IMG/VR virus record: IMGVR_UViG_3300032295_003392
Span: 1 to 64,000 of that record
Reading direction: 5' to 3' (one strand)
DNA: 64,000 bases
Source of the DNA: a virus
Taxonomy: Duplodnaviria > Caudoviricetes
Shown: piece after piece, positions 37,504 through 46,936 of the stretch
Numbering within the stretch: the first letter of the stretch is position 1
Layout of the letters: each line of letters begins with the position of its first letter
Position numbers and translations under genes: made by a program
Notes under the pieces: generated by a model
The model's database searches: none
Seen by the model: the letters and a program-made list of their open reading frames with translations, nothing else
Told to the model about the DNA's origin: nothing

Positions 37504-40500
37504 TTAAGCCGTATTAGTGACCACAGCTGGTCTCGCAATAGGACCAGATGTTTGAGATAGAATCGTTTTAGCTCTCTTCAATGTAAACTGTAGGGTAAAC
37601 ACAAAAGGTTTATTCTCAGACTCATTTTCCATCAAAAATTTAACTTTTTTAACATGTGTTGCAAAAACACTATTACCATTCAAGTTAACAAATTCATTTC
37701 CGGTTAAAGATGGGTCCAAACTATTCATCTTAAAATAAACATTAATCGGTAGAGCAACATCGTTCTGCGAACCAGGGTTAATTGTTCTCAATTTAGATGA
37801 GTTTGTCTCTTGAATATTATCCAATCTGTAAAGCTCAGGGTGAATTGTAGTCAATAGTTTAACCGTCGATGCCACCGTAGGTGCACCACTCTCAATCCAT
37901 TTAGAAGCATCAAATAGGGATTTATTATTCCCAACAAAAGTTAATATTTCGTTTTCCTGATAACCCAAATTAAAGGTTTCGGAAGAAAGTGTGCTTATTA
38001 GTGAATTGGTATTATCATCCTCAAAATTATTAGCTATGTTCTGAGCCAACTTAACAACACTTGTCTGGTCTATATTATCGTAGTTAACAGACCAAACAAA
38101 TTGATTATCTAGTTGTGTTCTAGAAACACCAGATGTATCAGAGGTCAATAGTTGATTTTGTTGGTCGACAAAGAAAACCTGTGGTGAGCTACCATTATAA
38201 ACCTCAGCATTAGTCGATGAGTTATAATTCCTGTTGGATAATAATCCAATCGGAGAGTCAGCAGAATTGTTTTTTATTCTCACAATGTAATCCTTGATAA
38301 CATAAATCTGATTCTTATAGACACGTCCCGTTGGAACATTTGTAGCTGTATATTCTTCCAAATAATCTTCTAGCTCAATATTTATATTAGTAGTTGAACC
38401 ACTGTTAATTATCAACTCTGAACTCGGACCAACCAAAATCACTTGGAGTACTCCTTTCGCCATAGCAACTTTTTCTTCTAATACTTTTAATCTACTTTCT
38501 AAAGTCTGTAAATATGAAAATAAGTCGAGACCATTCCCGTTCGCATCTTTGAATAAAGACAATATCCTATCACTAGAGTGATAATAGACCTGTCCGTTCA
38601 ATTCAGTTGTATCAGATAAGTGTTCATCTATTCCCTTCGCGGAAAGTTCAGAGTCTAATGAAATTTTCAAACTTTCTTTATCCGCGGCTTTTAAAATGAA
38701 ATCATTTTCGTTGACTACGTTGTTTAGATTATCTGGGAAATCAATCGTCAGTGTCTGACTAAATTCAGACTCTAACGCAGACTCAGGCCAACCAACCTCG
38801 GAGATAGATGCAATCCTAATTTCTAATCTTTCATTAGCCTGTATAGCCAAATCAAGTTGATTGATATTTGGTGTTTCAGCATTGGAAACATCTTGTATTT
38901 CCCAATAATAATCACCCGTTGATTTATCTTGAACTCTTTTCCTCGCATCGGTTTTGAACTCATTCCAATTAGCAAAAGCTGCTATCTTTGTCTGATTGTC
39001 AACATTTGTTATCTTGAATGATTCAACCGGTGTTTCCGTCCCATCCTTTGCTAAATATCTATATTGTACTCTAAATTGAACAACCTCTTGTGGTTTTGAA
39101 CCTCTAACATTTTGGAGTTCTGGGAAATCCCAAAAACCCCTCAATCTAAATTTTGGTTCAACTTTCGTAACTGGACCATTTGATATTGCTATGATTCTAT
39201 TATTCGTGGAACTTAATAGTTTCGTCTGGCTTTCTTTTGTCCTAACTAACTCATCTAGTTCACTATTAGCTTGTCTTCTCTGTGACTCTGATTCGAAGTT
39301 AGCACTCCTCAGTTGTTGATTTTTTTGTCTGATGTTTTCTTCGAGATTTGTAACCTCAGATTTTATACTGATTGTCTGTGAGTGTAATCTTTTTAAAGTA
39401 TCGGTATCGGGTGTATTAGTCAAATGTTGATTAATCTGTACTACTTTAAAATTATCCGATACAAGTGTCGGAGGTAAAGGAGGAGAAGAGAATTTATTTG
39501 GTAACTTTTTAGCTACCATTTCTTCCAAAACGAGACCATAATCATAGACTTGTTCTGTATAGAACTCGTCCATAGTGACCCCACTCGCAACGTCCGTTAA
39601 ATTTCTTGTGTAGAAACCAACACCCGTACTCCAGTTTTTCGAAAGAATATAGTTATCCATGTTGAGAGCTTTAATGAATACTAAATTCCTCTCATCGTAA
39701 CCTACACTTATCTTCACCCTTTTATTGTAAATAACAGGAGAGTAAACTTTCATAGTATTGATACCAACAGGTATTGGCTCTAAACCCTCAACTCTCTCAA
39801 ACCTCAACTTTGGACTCGCATCCACCGTTGAAATTTCTATGATTCTATATCTTGTGCTAGTTACTGGTGTGTTTATTATCAACTCATCCCCAACAATAAG
39901 TTCTCTACTCTCAGTTAAAATTGTATCAGAAACTTTTGTTTTCTTAGCATATGATAATGTGTTGACATAATAAAAAAGTTTTCTGTTTAATGTGTCTTCC
40001 TCTACTCTTAGAATCGAAAAATACCCGTCTGTCTCCAAATAGTTTGGTTCCAAATCGAACATCTGTTCATCATAATTCGGATCTTCAGGATTCACTAAAC
40101 CTGGTGTGTTTGTATGCCATATTAAATATTCATCAAGAGTAAATCCAGTTTGATTATTGAATTTAGTATTGAAACTATTTATAGCCGCCAGAGCACCCGT
40201 AGTGAACTCCCCATCAATAGTCTTTTCGAATTCAGGAATATACCTTCTGCACAGAATTTTTCTTACGTTGTTTTCTATTTTTCCAGATAAGTCAAGCTCA
40301 ACATACAAACTTGGATTCAATAATCCATCAAAAAACCAGTTTTTTGAAGAGGAAAACTGAGTGATGGGTGTAAGGTTGTTTAAGTCATTTGGTTCACGAT
40401 TTAAATCAACAGTGACTATTTTTCTAAATTTAGTTCCATCTGTTGGCTGAATTAAAGCACCAGAATCATTTATACTATAAATTGAATTAATATTGTTATT

Positions 40501-40704
40501 CAATCTATCAATTTCCTTCTTTAAATAACCAAAAGATGGTAAAGTGAATTCTTGTGCGATACCAGACTGGTCTGTTATCATTAGAGTTATAGTATTTTCT
40601 TGACCAGAGACAAGCGTTGTTATGTTAGACAAAAGTTCAACAACAGTGTTATTATAATTTATTACCTGTTCCGCTATTTTATGATATGAGCTATTTATAG
40701 CCAT
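37504..40704 (-). CDS. Large putative virion/baseplate protein (1066 aa) with central coiled coil
   Basis: Long ORF behind TTAATATATA; heptad region TDTLKRLH...SSTNNRII. Confidence 0.55.
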   Translation of the reverse strand: MAINSSYHKIAEQVINYNNTVVELLSNITTLVSGQENTITLMITDQSGIAQEFTLPSFGYLKKEIDRLNNNINSIYSINDSGALIQPTDGTKFRKIVTVDLNREPNDLNNLTPITQFSSSKNWFFDGLLNPSLYVELDLSGKIENNVRKILCRRYIPEFEKTIDGEFTTGALAAINSFNTKFNNQTGFTLDEYLIWHTNTPGLVNPEDPNYDEQMFDLEPNYLETDGYFSILRVEEDTLNRKLFYYVNTLSYAKKTKVSDTILTESRELIVGDELIINTPVTSTRYRIIEISTVDASPKLRFERVEGLEPIPVGINTMKVYSPVIYNKRVKISVGYDERNLVFIKALNMDNYILSKNWSTGVGFYTRNLTDVASGVTMDEFYTEQVYDYGLVLEEMVAKKLPNKFSSPPLPPTLVSDNFKVVQINQHLTNTPDTDTLKRLHSQTISIKSEVTNLEENIRQKNQQLRSANFESESQRRQANSELDELVRTKESQTKLLSSTNNRIIAISNGPVTKVEPKFRLRGFWDFPELQNVRGSKPQEVVQFRVQYRYLAKDGTETPVESFKITNVDNQTKIAAFANWNEFKTDARKRVQDKSTGDYYWEIQDVSNAETPNINQLDLAIQANERLEIRIASISEVGWPESALESEFSQTLTIDFPDNLNNVVNENDFILKAADKESLKISLDSELSAKGIDEHLSDTTELNGQVYYHSSDRILSLFKDANGNGLDLFSYLQTLESRLKVLEEKVAMAKGVLQVILVGPSSELIINSGSTTNINIELEDYLEEYTATNVPTGRVYKNQIYVIKDYIVRIKNNSADSPIGLLSNRNYNSSTNAEVYNGSSPQVFFVDQQNQLLTSDTSGVSRTQLDNQFVWSVNYDNIDQTSVVKLAQNIANNFEDDNTNSLISTLSSETFNLGYQENEILTFVGNNKSLFDASKWIESGAPTVASTVKLLTTIHPELYRLDNIQETNSSKLRTINPGSQNDVALPINVYFKMNSLDPSLTGNEFVNLNGNSVFATHVKKVKFLMENESENKPFVFTLQFTLKRAKTILSQTSGPIARPAVVTNTA

Positions 40705-40729
40705 TATTTTGACTTATTTTTTTATTGAA

Positions 40730-40739
40730 TATATATTAA
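40730..40739 (-). promoter_or_regulatory. Putative phage-specific (late?) promoter TTAATATATA
   Basis: Exact motif 25 nt upstream of the ATG at 40704. Confidence 0.6.
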
Positions 40740-40751
40740 TATCGGATTTTC

Positions 40752-42626
40752 TCAATTAGAATTGATTGAATTCCAATCATAACTATATTCATTATTTTTC
40801 TTACCCATTATGTAATTCACAGCACACTCATCATCACCAAATAGACTAGGTGCTAATAGAGGAAATTGTGGATTAAAGTTGTAAGCCCAGTCCTCAAAAC
40901 CAAGCTCTTTGAATCTTTGTTTTATTCTTTCATTGTAAAATGCACTTATTGACTTTACCCTTCTTTGAATATCTGACCTTGTAGCATTCTGTGTATTTGA
41001 ATTGTGGTAAAATTGCAGATAAAGTAATTTTGGTATTCTGACCATTTTTGTGTGTAAAAAAGTTCTGACAATCAATTCATAATCATCAGCTATAGATAAT
41101 CTCCTATTGTGACCACCGATAGAATGATAGAAAAACCTTTCCCACGCTCTAAAATGGTTAGGAACACCAACAATGTGTCTAATGGTCTTTGGATTTATAC
41201 CCGAGGTGTTTACTGTTTTATACGTCCTTCCGTTCCATACCTCATCCCTGTAACTACCATAATCAAATGAAAAAGAATCACCATAAGTAAGTGAGTTATG
41301 ATTCTCATCTATCTCAGCAAAATCTGAATAAACAAATTTACAATCGGGATACTTTTGAAAAGCCTCAACCATTAATTGCAAAGCATCCGGTAATAAATAG
41401 TCATCATGGTCAAACTCCATCAGATAAATACCATCACATAAACAAGCTGCTCTATACTTTGATTCTCCCACAATACCACCAGTCTTTTTATGGAAATCAT
41501 AAACCTTAACTCTACAATCCATTCTTGATATTGTTTCAGCAATTTTCAAAGTTACACCCTCATCATTTGAGTCATTAACCATAACCCACTCCCAGTTAGA
41601 ATAAGTTTGATTCCTAATGGACTCGTAAGCCCTCCACAGTTTTTCCCCAGTGTTATAAATGGGTGTAAATAAACTTACAAGTGGGTTTTCTTTATAATGA
41701 GGATTCAAAATATAGTTAGAACCACAGAAATATGATATATCACCCAAGTCTGGTTGTAAGCCACCAAAATGAATCCATCTTTTTCTAATATCGAAATGTT
41801 TGTTATTTAATTTTTCGAAATCATTGAAATCCTTACCTATAGTCAGAATAGCATCAGGGTCAAAATCCTTAATAGTTGAATCCAAATCCGAATCATCTAC
41901 CTTTTTTAAAACATTCAATTCTTTTGATTCGAAACTAGCTGAGGACAATGTCTCCAAAACTAGATCGGACTCATCTCCAATCATCAATATTCTCGGTAGG
42001 AATCTTCTATTCGGCTTTTTAACCTGTTGAAAATAATTGTAATAACACAAAACTTTATCAATAAAAAAGAAATCTTCTTTATTTTTATTGAATAGAGATT
42101 CAATAAACATTCCATCACCCACATAATAACCATTAGGAATTCTCTCATCCGCAATGAGGTCCCTTTTCAATAAAAACTGAGCCATATCGATTCTGCTCAC
42201 TTTCACATTATCTGGACTAGCATATCTTATATCCTCACCGGTAAAATCAATCCCTCCGATTTTTTGACTGAATATCAAACCAGATTTATCTGGATTCTCC
42301 TTTATAATTTTATAGATTTCATTGAAGAAATCTTCATGTATAATATTGTCATCATCAAGTACATATATCCAACCATCTTCAATTGAATCAATACATTTAT
42401 TTATCATCTGGTGTCCATGGTCACCTGACTCTGATTTTTCATAACTTATTTTAACATTCAGATTGGACAATTCGACCAAAGTTTCCATTTTTACCTCCGA
42501 AACTTTTTCAATATCAAATATGATATACCAATTGATATCAAATAGATTGGTGTTGAAAATACCCTTTGAAATCTCCAAAAGGTTATTTTGTCTTGAACAC
42601 CTTGTTATAAAATTAATTTTTTCCAT
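40752..42626 (-). CDS. Two-domain glycosyltransferase (GT-A plus GT2)
   Basis: N-terminal YVLDDDN...SRIDMAQF; C-terminal VSLFTPIYNT...VNDSND...MEFDHDD...ADDYEL; start re-assigned to MEKINFITRC at 42626. Confidence 0.85.
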   Translation of the reverse strand: MEKINFITRCSRQNNLLEISKGIFNTNLFDINWYIIFDIEKVSEVKMETLVELSNLNVKISYEKSESGDHGHQMINKCIDSIEDGWIYVLDDDNIIHEDFFNEIYKIIKENPDKSGLIFSQKIGGIDFTGEDIRYASPDNVKVSRIDMAQFLLKRDLIADERIPNGYYVGDGMFIESLFNKNKEDFFFIDKVLCYYNYFQQVKKPNRRFLPRILMIGDESDLVLETLSSASFESKELNVLKKVDDSDLDSTIKDFDPDAILTIGKDFNDFEKLNNKHFDIRKRWIHFGGLQPDLGDISYFCGSNYILNPHYKENPLVSLFTPIYNTGEKLWRAYESIRNQTYSNWEWVMVNDSNDEGVTLKIAETISRMDCRVKVYDFHKKTGGIVGESKYRAACLCDGIYLMEFDHDDYLLPDALQLMVEAFQKYPDCKFVYSDFAEIDENHNSLTYGDSFSFDYGSYRDEVWNGRTYKTVNTSGINPKTIRHIVGVPNHFRAWERFFYHSIGGHNRRLSIADDYELIVRTFLHTKMVRIPKLLYLQFYHNSNTQNATRSDIQRRVKSISAFYNERIKQRFKELGFEDWAYNFNPQFPLLAPSLFGDDECAVNYIMGKKNNEYSYDWNSINSN

Positions 42627-42792
42627 ATTATTTTTATTTTCCTTAGTCCTTTTGTTGTTTTTTATTATCTTTGTAAAAATATTATTGTACCACGAAACTT
42701 TGGTCGATATATACCATATAATACTGGTATAGTTTTTGTATACATTAAACGGCAATAAAAAGCAAATAAATTAAAAAATAAACGGAAATAAC

Positions 42793-43401
42793 ATGTTCAT
42801 GTCTAACACAATCAAATCATTCTCTGACCACGAAACGTATTTCAAGGAGAGAACCGGAAATGACTTCTCATTCTTCTATAAGAAGTATTACCCAAAACTA
42901 ATCTACTACACTTCAAAAATGTGTGGTGACCAACAAAAAGCCGAAGATATCACAACCGAATCCTTCATGACGGCTTTCGAAAAAATTGACAAGTATGAAA
43001 AAGAAAAAGCACAGTTTTCAACTTGGTTATTTACTATCGCTAGGAACATAGTTCTACAAGACATCAAATCTTCCAAGAAAACCATATCAATCGATACAGA
43101 ATATGATGAAGATGGAACAACCTTGAAAGACTTTATCCAAGAGGACCAGCATGAAAGCAGTATCTTTGAACTCAGTGAGAAAAAAGCTGAAATAATGAAG
43201 GACCAAATTTCCAAACTCAAAGACCCTTATAAAAAGGTCATTGAAATGAGGGAACTTAAAAAAATGTCTTATAAAGACATAGCTGATGAACTAGGTAAGA
43301 ACCTCTCTACTGTCAAAAGTCAAATACGAAATGGTAGGTTAATATTGATTAACAAAACCAAAAAAGATTTTGATATATTAGATGAAACATATCTAAATTA
43401 A
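42793..43401 (+). CDS. ECF-type (sigma-70 family group 4) RNA polymerase sigma factor
   Basis: Region 2 AEDITTESF...FSTWLFTIARN; region 4 MSYKDIADELGKNLSTVKSQIRNGR. Confidence 0.92.
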   Translation: MFMSNTIKSFSDHETYFKERTGNDFSFFYKKYYPKLIYYTSKMCGDQQKAEDITTESFMTAFEKIDKYEKEKAQFSTWLFTIARNIVLQDIKSSKKTISIDTEYDEDGTTLKDFIQEDQHESSIFELSEKKAEIMKDQISKLKDPYKKVIEMRELKKMSYKDIADELGKNLSTVKSQIRNGRLILINKTKKDFDILDETYLN

Positions 43402-43416
43402 AAAAATAGAAATATT

Positions 43417-43740
43417 ATGATACACACTGCTCTTTTAAATGGAGAAAATTTCGAACAAGTAACTAGTGAAAAGGATTTACTATTGGTCTATATAACAGCA
43501 CCATGGTGTGGTCCTTGTAAAATGTTGTCACCAGTGGTCGACACAATTTGTGATGAAATGGATTCCAAAATCACCTTAGCTAAAATTGATGCTGATGAAA
43601 ATATGGAACTAGTTAAAAGTCTAAACGTCAGGAATATCCCAACCTTACTTTTCTATAAGAAAGGTGAGGTAGTTGAGAGAACCACTGGAGTCAAGACAAA
43701 GTCTGAATTGTCTAAGATTATTGATACGATCTTATCATAA
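43417..43740 (+). CDS. trxA: Thioredoxin
   Basis: APWCGPCK, VRNIPTL. Confidence 0.95.
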   Translation: MIHTALLNGENFEQVTSEKDLLLVYITAPWCGPCKMLSPVVDTICDEMDSKITLAKIDADENMELVKSLNVRNIPTLLFYKKGEVVERTTGVKTKSELSKIIDTILS

Positions 43741-43758
43741 ATATAAATCAATAAAACC

Positions 43759-43899
43759 TTGGAAACACTAATAACAGATTTACACAAACTAATAAGAAAT
43801 AATTGGAAAACAATTTTCATAATCGCTCTTATTTTTTATTTCACTCAGAACTATTCGGATATTAAACAAGGTATACAGGATGGGTGGACCAATAAATAG
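43759..43899 (+). CDS. Small membrane protein (46 aa), absent from the ORF track
   Basis: TTG start; METLITDLHKLIRNNWKTIFIIALIFYFTQNYSDIKQGIQDGWTNK; fills the gap after trxA. Confidence 0.6.
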   Translation: METLITDLHKLIRNNWKTIFIIALIFYFTQNYSDIKQGIQDGWTNK

Positions 43900-43903
43900 A
43901 AGG

Positions 43904-44278
43904 TCAATGCCTTCTTTGGTTATTTGAGTAAATATTCATGTCACTCATTACTGTCACATTAATACCAAGGTTAGCTCCGTCCAGATCTAATGAGGAATAT
44001 TTAGATTCAAAGTGATTCACATTATCGAATGTGTAAGCTCTTGGTCTATTATTCCTCATTTCTTTTTGATTTCGTCTCTCTATTTCTTTCAACTCTTCTT
44101 GTCTGACCATATCTTCGAATGATTGAGTATTCAAAGGTTCAGAAATGTTTTCTCTTTGAAAAGTCGGTTCAGCATAACCATACTTACTTAACAAATAGTT
44201 ACGTTCAGATTGAGATACATCTGGATTAGTAATGGACTCTACTTGGTCCTCGACTATTCTTACTTGTGGTTTCTCCAT
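43904..44278 (-). CDS. Hypothetical protein
   Basis: Start re-assigned to MEKPQVRI at 44278, after the TTTATATATA variant at 44284-44293. Confidence 0.6.
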   Translation of the reverse strand: MEKPQVRIVEDQVESITNPDVSQSERNYLLSKYGYAEPTFQRENISEPLNTQSFEDMVRQEELKEIERRNQKEMRNNRPRAYTFDNVNHFESKYSSLDLDGANLGINVTVMSDMNIYSNNQRRH

Positions 44279-44322
44279 GAAAGTATATATAAACATTCTT
44301 TTAATATAAAAATATAAAGAAA

Positions 44323-45294
44323 ATGAAAAATACAATAACTTCTTTCATTGATAAACATTATAGACACTTCAACGCAGCCGCTTTGAGAGATGCTTCAATT
44401 GGATACAAAAAACACCTTGAAGAAGGTGGTAAAATGATGATTACACTTGCTGGTGCTATGAGCACTGCTGAATTGGGTATATCCCTTGCTGAAATGATTA
44501 GACAAGGTAAAGTTCACATCATTTCTTGCACAGGTGCTAATCTTGAAGAAGATTTAATGAATCTTGTTGCCCATTCACACTATAGAAGAGTCCCAAACTA
44601 TAGAGATTTAACACCCCAAGATGAATGGGAACTTTTGGAACAAGGATTAAACAGAGTTACTGATACCTGCATTCCAGAGGAGGAAGCATTTAGGAAGATT
44701 CAAAAGGTTGTAGAAAAATATTGGAAAGCTGCTAATAGATCGAATGAATCTTTTTTTCCACATGAGTTTCTATACACCATTATAAGAAATAAAGACTTGC
44801 AACCCGAATATGAGATTGACCCAAAAGATAGTTGGTTGGTAGCTGCCGCCGAAAAGAATATCCCTCTGATTGTACCAGGTTGGGAAGATTCTACCCTTGG
44901 GAATATATTCGCATCAAATGTTATTAAGGGAAATCTTAAATCAACTGACATTAAAGGTGGTATTGATTATATGGTATTCCTATCTGATTGGTACAGACAA
45001 AACTCTGGTGGTAAAGGAGTTGGATTCTTTCAGATTGGTGGTGGTATTGCTGGTGACTTCCCAATCTGCGTAGTTCCAATGATGTATCAAGATTTAGAAT
45101 GGACTGATGTACCTTTTTGGTCTTATTTCTGTCAGATTTCTGATTCTACTACAAGTTATGGATCATATTCAGGGGCCGTACCCAATGAAAAGATAACTTG
45201 GGGTAAGTTAGACATAAACACACCAAAGTTTATAGTAGAAAGTGATGCAACCATTGTCGCACCACTTATGTTTTCATATATTTTGGGTGAATAA
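44323..45294 (+). CDS. Deoxyhypusine synthase-like (homospermidine synthase-type) enzyme
   Basis: TLAGAMSTAELG, ISCTGANLEED, GGGIAGDF, YSGAVPNEKITWGK with the active-site Lys retained. Confidence 0.92.
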   Translation: MKNTITSFIDKHYRHFNAAALRDASIGYKKHLEEGGKMMITLAGAMSTAELGISLAEMIRQGKVHIISCTGANLEEDLMNLVAHSHYRRVPNYRDLTPQDEWELLEQGLNRVTDTCIPEEEAFRKIQKVVEKYWKAANRSNESFFPHEFLYTIIRNKDLQPEYEIDPKDSWLVAAAEKNIPLIVPGWEDSTLGNIFASNVIKGNLKSTDIKGGIDYMVFLSDWYRQNSGGKGVGFFQIGGGIAGDFPICVVPMMYQDLEWTDVPFWSYFCQISDSTTSYGSYSGAVPNEKITWGKLDINTPKFIVESDATIVAPLMFSYILGE

Positions 45295-45337
45295 AAGAAA
45301 CTTTCCAAAAAACAAATGTCCAAACTTTTTATCATTT

Positions 45338-45368
45338 TTTGAAATGATATATAACTTTCATATCTTTG
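45338..45368 (+). promoter_or_regulatory. Bacteroidota housekeeping-sigma promoter
   Basis: TTTG-N19-TATCTTTG, 7 nt to the ATG at 45376. Confidence 0.8.
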
Positions 45369-45375
45369 TAATATT

Positions 45376-46110
45376 ATGATTCTAATATTAGGAGACATAC
45401 ACGGTAACTTCAATTACCTTAAAAATCAAATCCACACCAAAAGAATCGAAGATTGTACAATAATACAAGTTGGAGATTTTGGTATAGGATTTAGTTATAA
45501 GGAAAATGATGAATTCGTTCTTAAAAGTCTAAATGACTATTTGAAAGATTCGAATGTGACCCTGTATGCGATAAGGGGAAACCACGACAATCCGATTTTT
45601 TTCAATGGTGATTATGATTTTAGTAATCTAAAACTTTTACCTGATTATACTCAGCTTGAAATTGATGGGACTAATTTTCTTTTTATAGGAGGCGCGGTAA
45701 GTATTGATAGAACAACAAGAATCAAAGAAAATAATAGCAATATTAGATATGGTAGTAGAAAACGTTGTTTTTGGAATGATGAAACACTAATCTACAAACC
45801 AGAGATTACAAAGAATATAAAAGGTGTCGATGTAGTAATAACACATACAGCTCCGGATTGGTGCCACCCCAACAACAAATTGGGATTTGGTAGTTTTGTT
45901 GAGGATTGGGCAAAGTACGACACAAATTTATTAACGGATTTGAGATTCGAAAGGAATCAAATGTCTAATATATTTCTTGATTTAGTAGAAAATAATAAAA
46001 TCAAGAAACATTTTTACGGTCATTTCCATAAAAGTCATTTAGAGACTTTTGACAATATTGACCATCATTTACTGGATATAAATGAGTTCTACCATCTATA
46101 TCCTTATTAA
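45376..46110 (+). CDS. Calcineurin-like metallophosphoesterase
   Basis: LGDIHGN, VGDFG, RGNHD, THTAP, YGHFH. Confidence 0.9.
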   Translation: MILILGDIHGNFNYLKNQIHTKRIEDCTIIQVGDFGIGFSYKENDEFVLKSLNDYLKDSNVTLYAIRGNHDNPIFFNGDYDFSNLKLLPDYTQLEIDGTNFLFIGGAVSIDRTTRIKENNSNIRYGSRKRCFWNDETLIYKPEITKNIKGVDVVITHTAPDWCHPNNKLGFGSFVEDWAKYDTNLLTDLRFERNQMSNIFLDLVENNKIKKHFYGHFHKSHLETFDNIDHHLLDINEFYHLYPY

Positions 46111-46125
46111 AAAAAAATCATTTTA

Positions 46126-46905
46126 ATGAAAAAGTATGATTTGATAAAAATACATCATTGGCTACTTGTATCAACATTTAAAAGTACCTGGTTTGAAGAG
46201 AATATAAAACTTCAAATCATTTCACTTCTAAGTTGGTTCATTTACCCTGAGTTCAGACAAAGTAATACTCTTTTTTCTGTTCTTGGAAAAAATAAAATAA
46301 TACTCACAACTCTGAGTGTCTTTATAGGGTGGACATTGTTCTCCTTTACATTCGGAAGAATAACAGTAAGTACAGATAAGGAAAATAGTACGGTAGTGGT
46401 CGAGAAAAAAACTTTTGTAAATAATTATTTCAGCTCACTAAACCTAAAAGATTTTCATCCAAGAAGGAGAATTACAGAATATAAGGTCTTTACAGATTTC
46501 CACATAGAAAACTTCGACAATCTACACAAACTACCAGACGAGGTTTTTTATGCTATGATTTTAGAAATAGAAAAAAACAATATACCTTACAGTATATTTT
46601 TCAGAATGATGGATATTGAGTCAGGTTATCAATTTATCAGAAATCAAAATTCGGGAGCGAATGGATATTGTCAAGTTTTACCAGCGACAAAATCACACAT
46701 TTTAAGAAAAATCGGGTCGACAAAGAATGAAAAAATAGACAATATCAGAATTGCCTCATACCATCTAAAAGTACAATATGATAAATATAGACTTGAAGGG
46801 AATAACAAGAAAGAATCTTGGTTCAAATCTTTGCTAGATTATAACGGAGGTAGTCACTCCTTAGCAAAAAAAGTGATGGAACACTACACAGAAGATATAT
46901 TATAA
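46126..46905 (+). CDS. Membrane-anchored lytic transglycosylase (SLT-like)
   Basis: Hydrophobic segment IILTTLSVFIGWTLFSFTF; catalytic DIESG, GANGYCQV, DYNGG motifs. Confidence 0.75.
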   Translation: MKKYDLIKIHHWLLVSTFKSTWFEENIKLQIISLLSWFIYPEFRQSNTLFSVLGKNKIILTTLSVFIGWTLFSFTFGRITVSTDKENSTVVVEKKTFVNNYFSSLNLKDFHPRRRITEYKVFTDFHIENFDNLHKLPDEVFYAMILEIEKNNIPYSIFFRMMDIESGYQFIRNQNSGANGYCQVLPATKSHILRKIGSTKNEKIDNIRIASYHLKVQYDKYRLEGNNKKESWFKSLLDYNGGSHSLAKKVMEHYTEDIL

Positions 46906-46932
46906 AAAAAGGGGGTTTGAAACCCCCTTTTT
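46904..46932. terminator. Bidirectional intrinsic terminator
   Basis: A7, GGGGGTTTGAAACCCCC, T5 between convergent genes; one base different from the 30904 hairpin. Confidence 0.85.
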
Positions 46933-46936
46933 ATTT

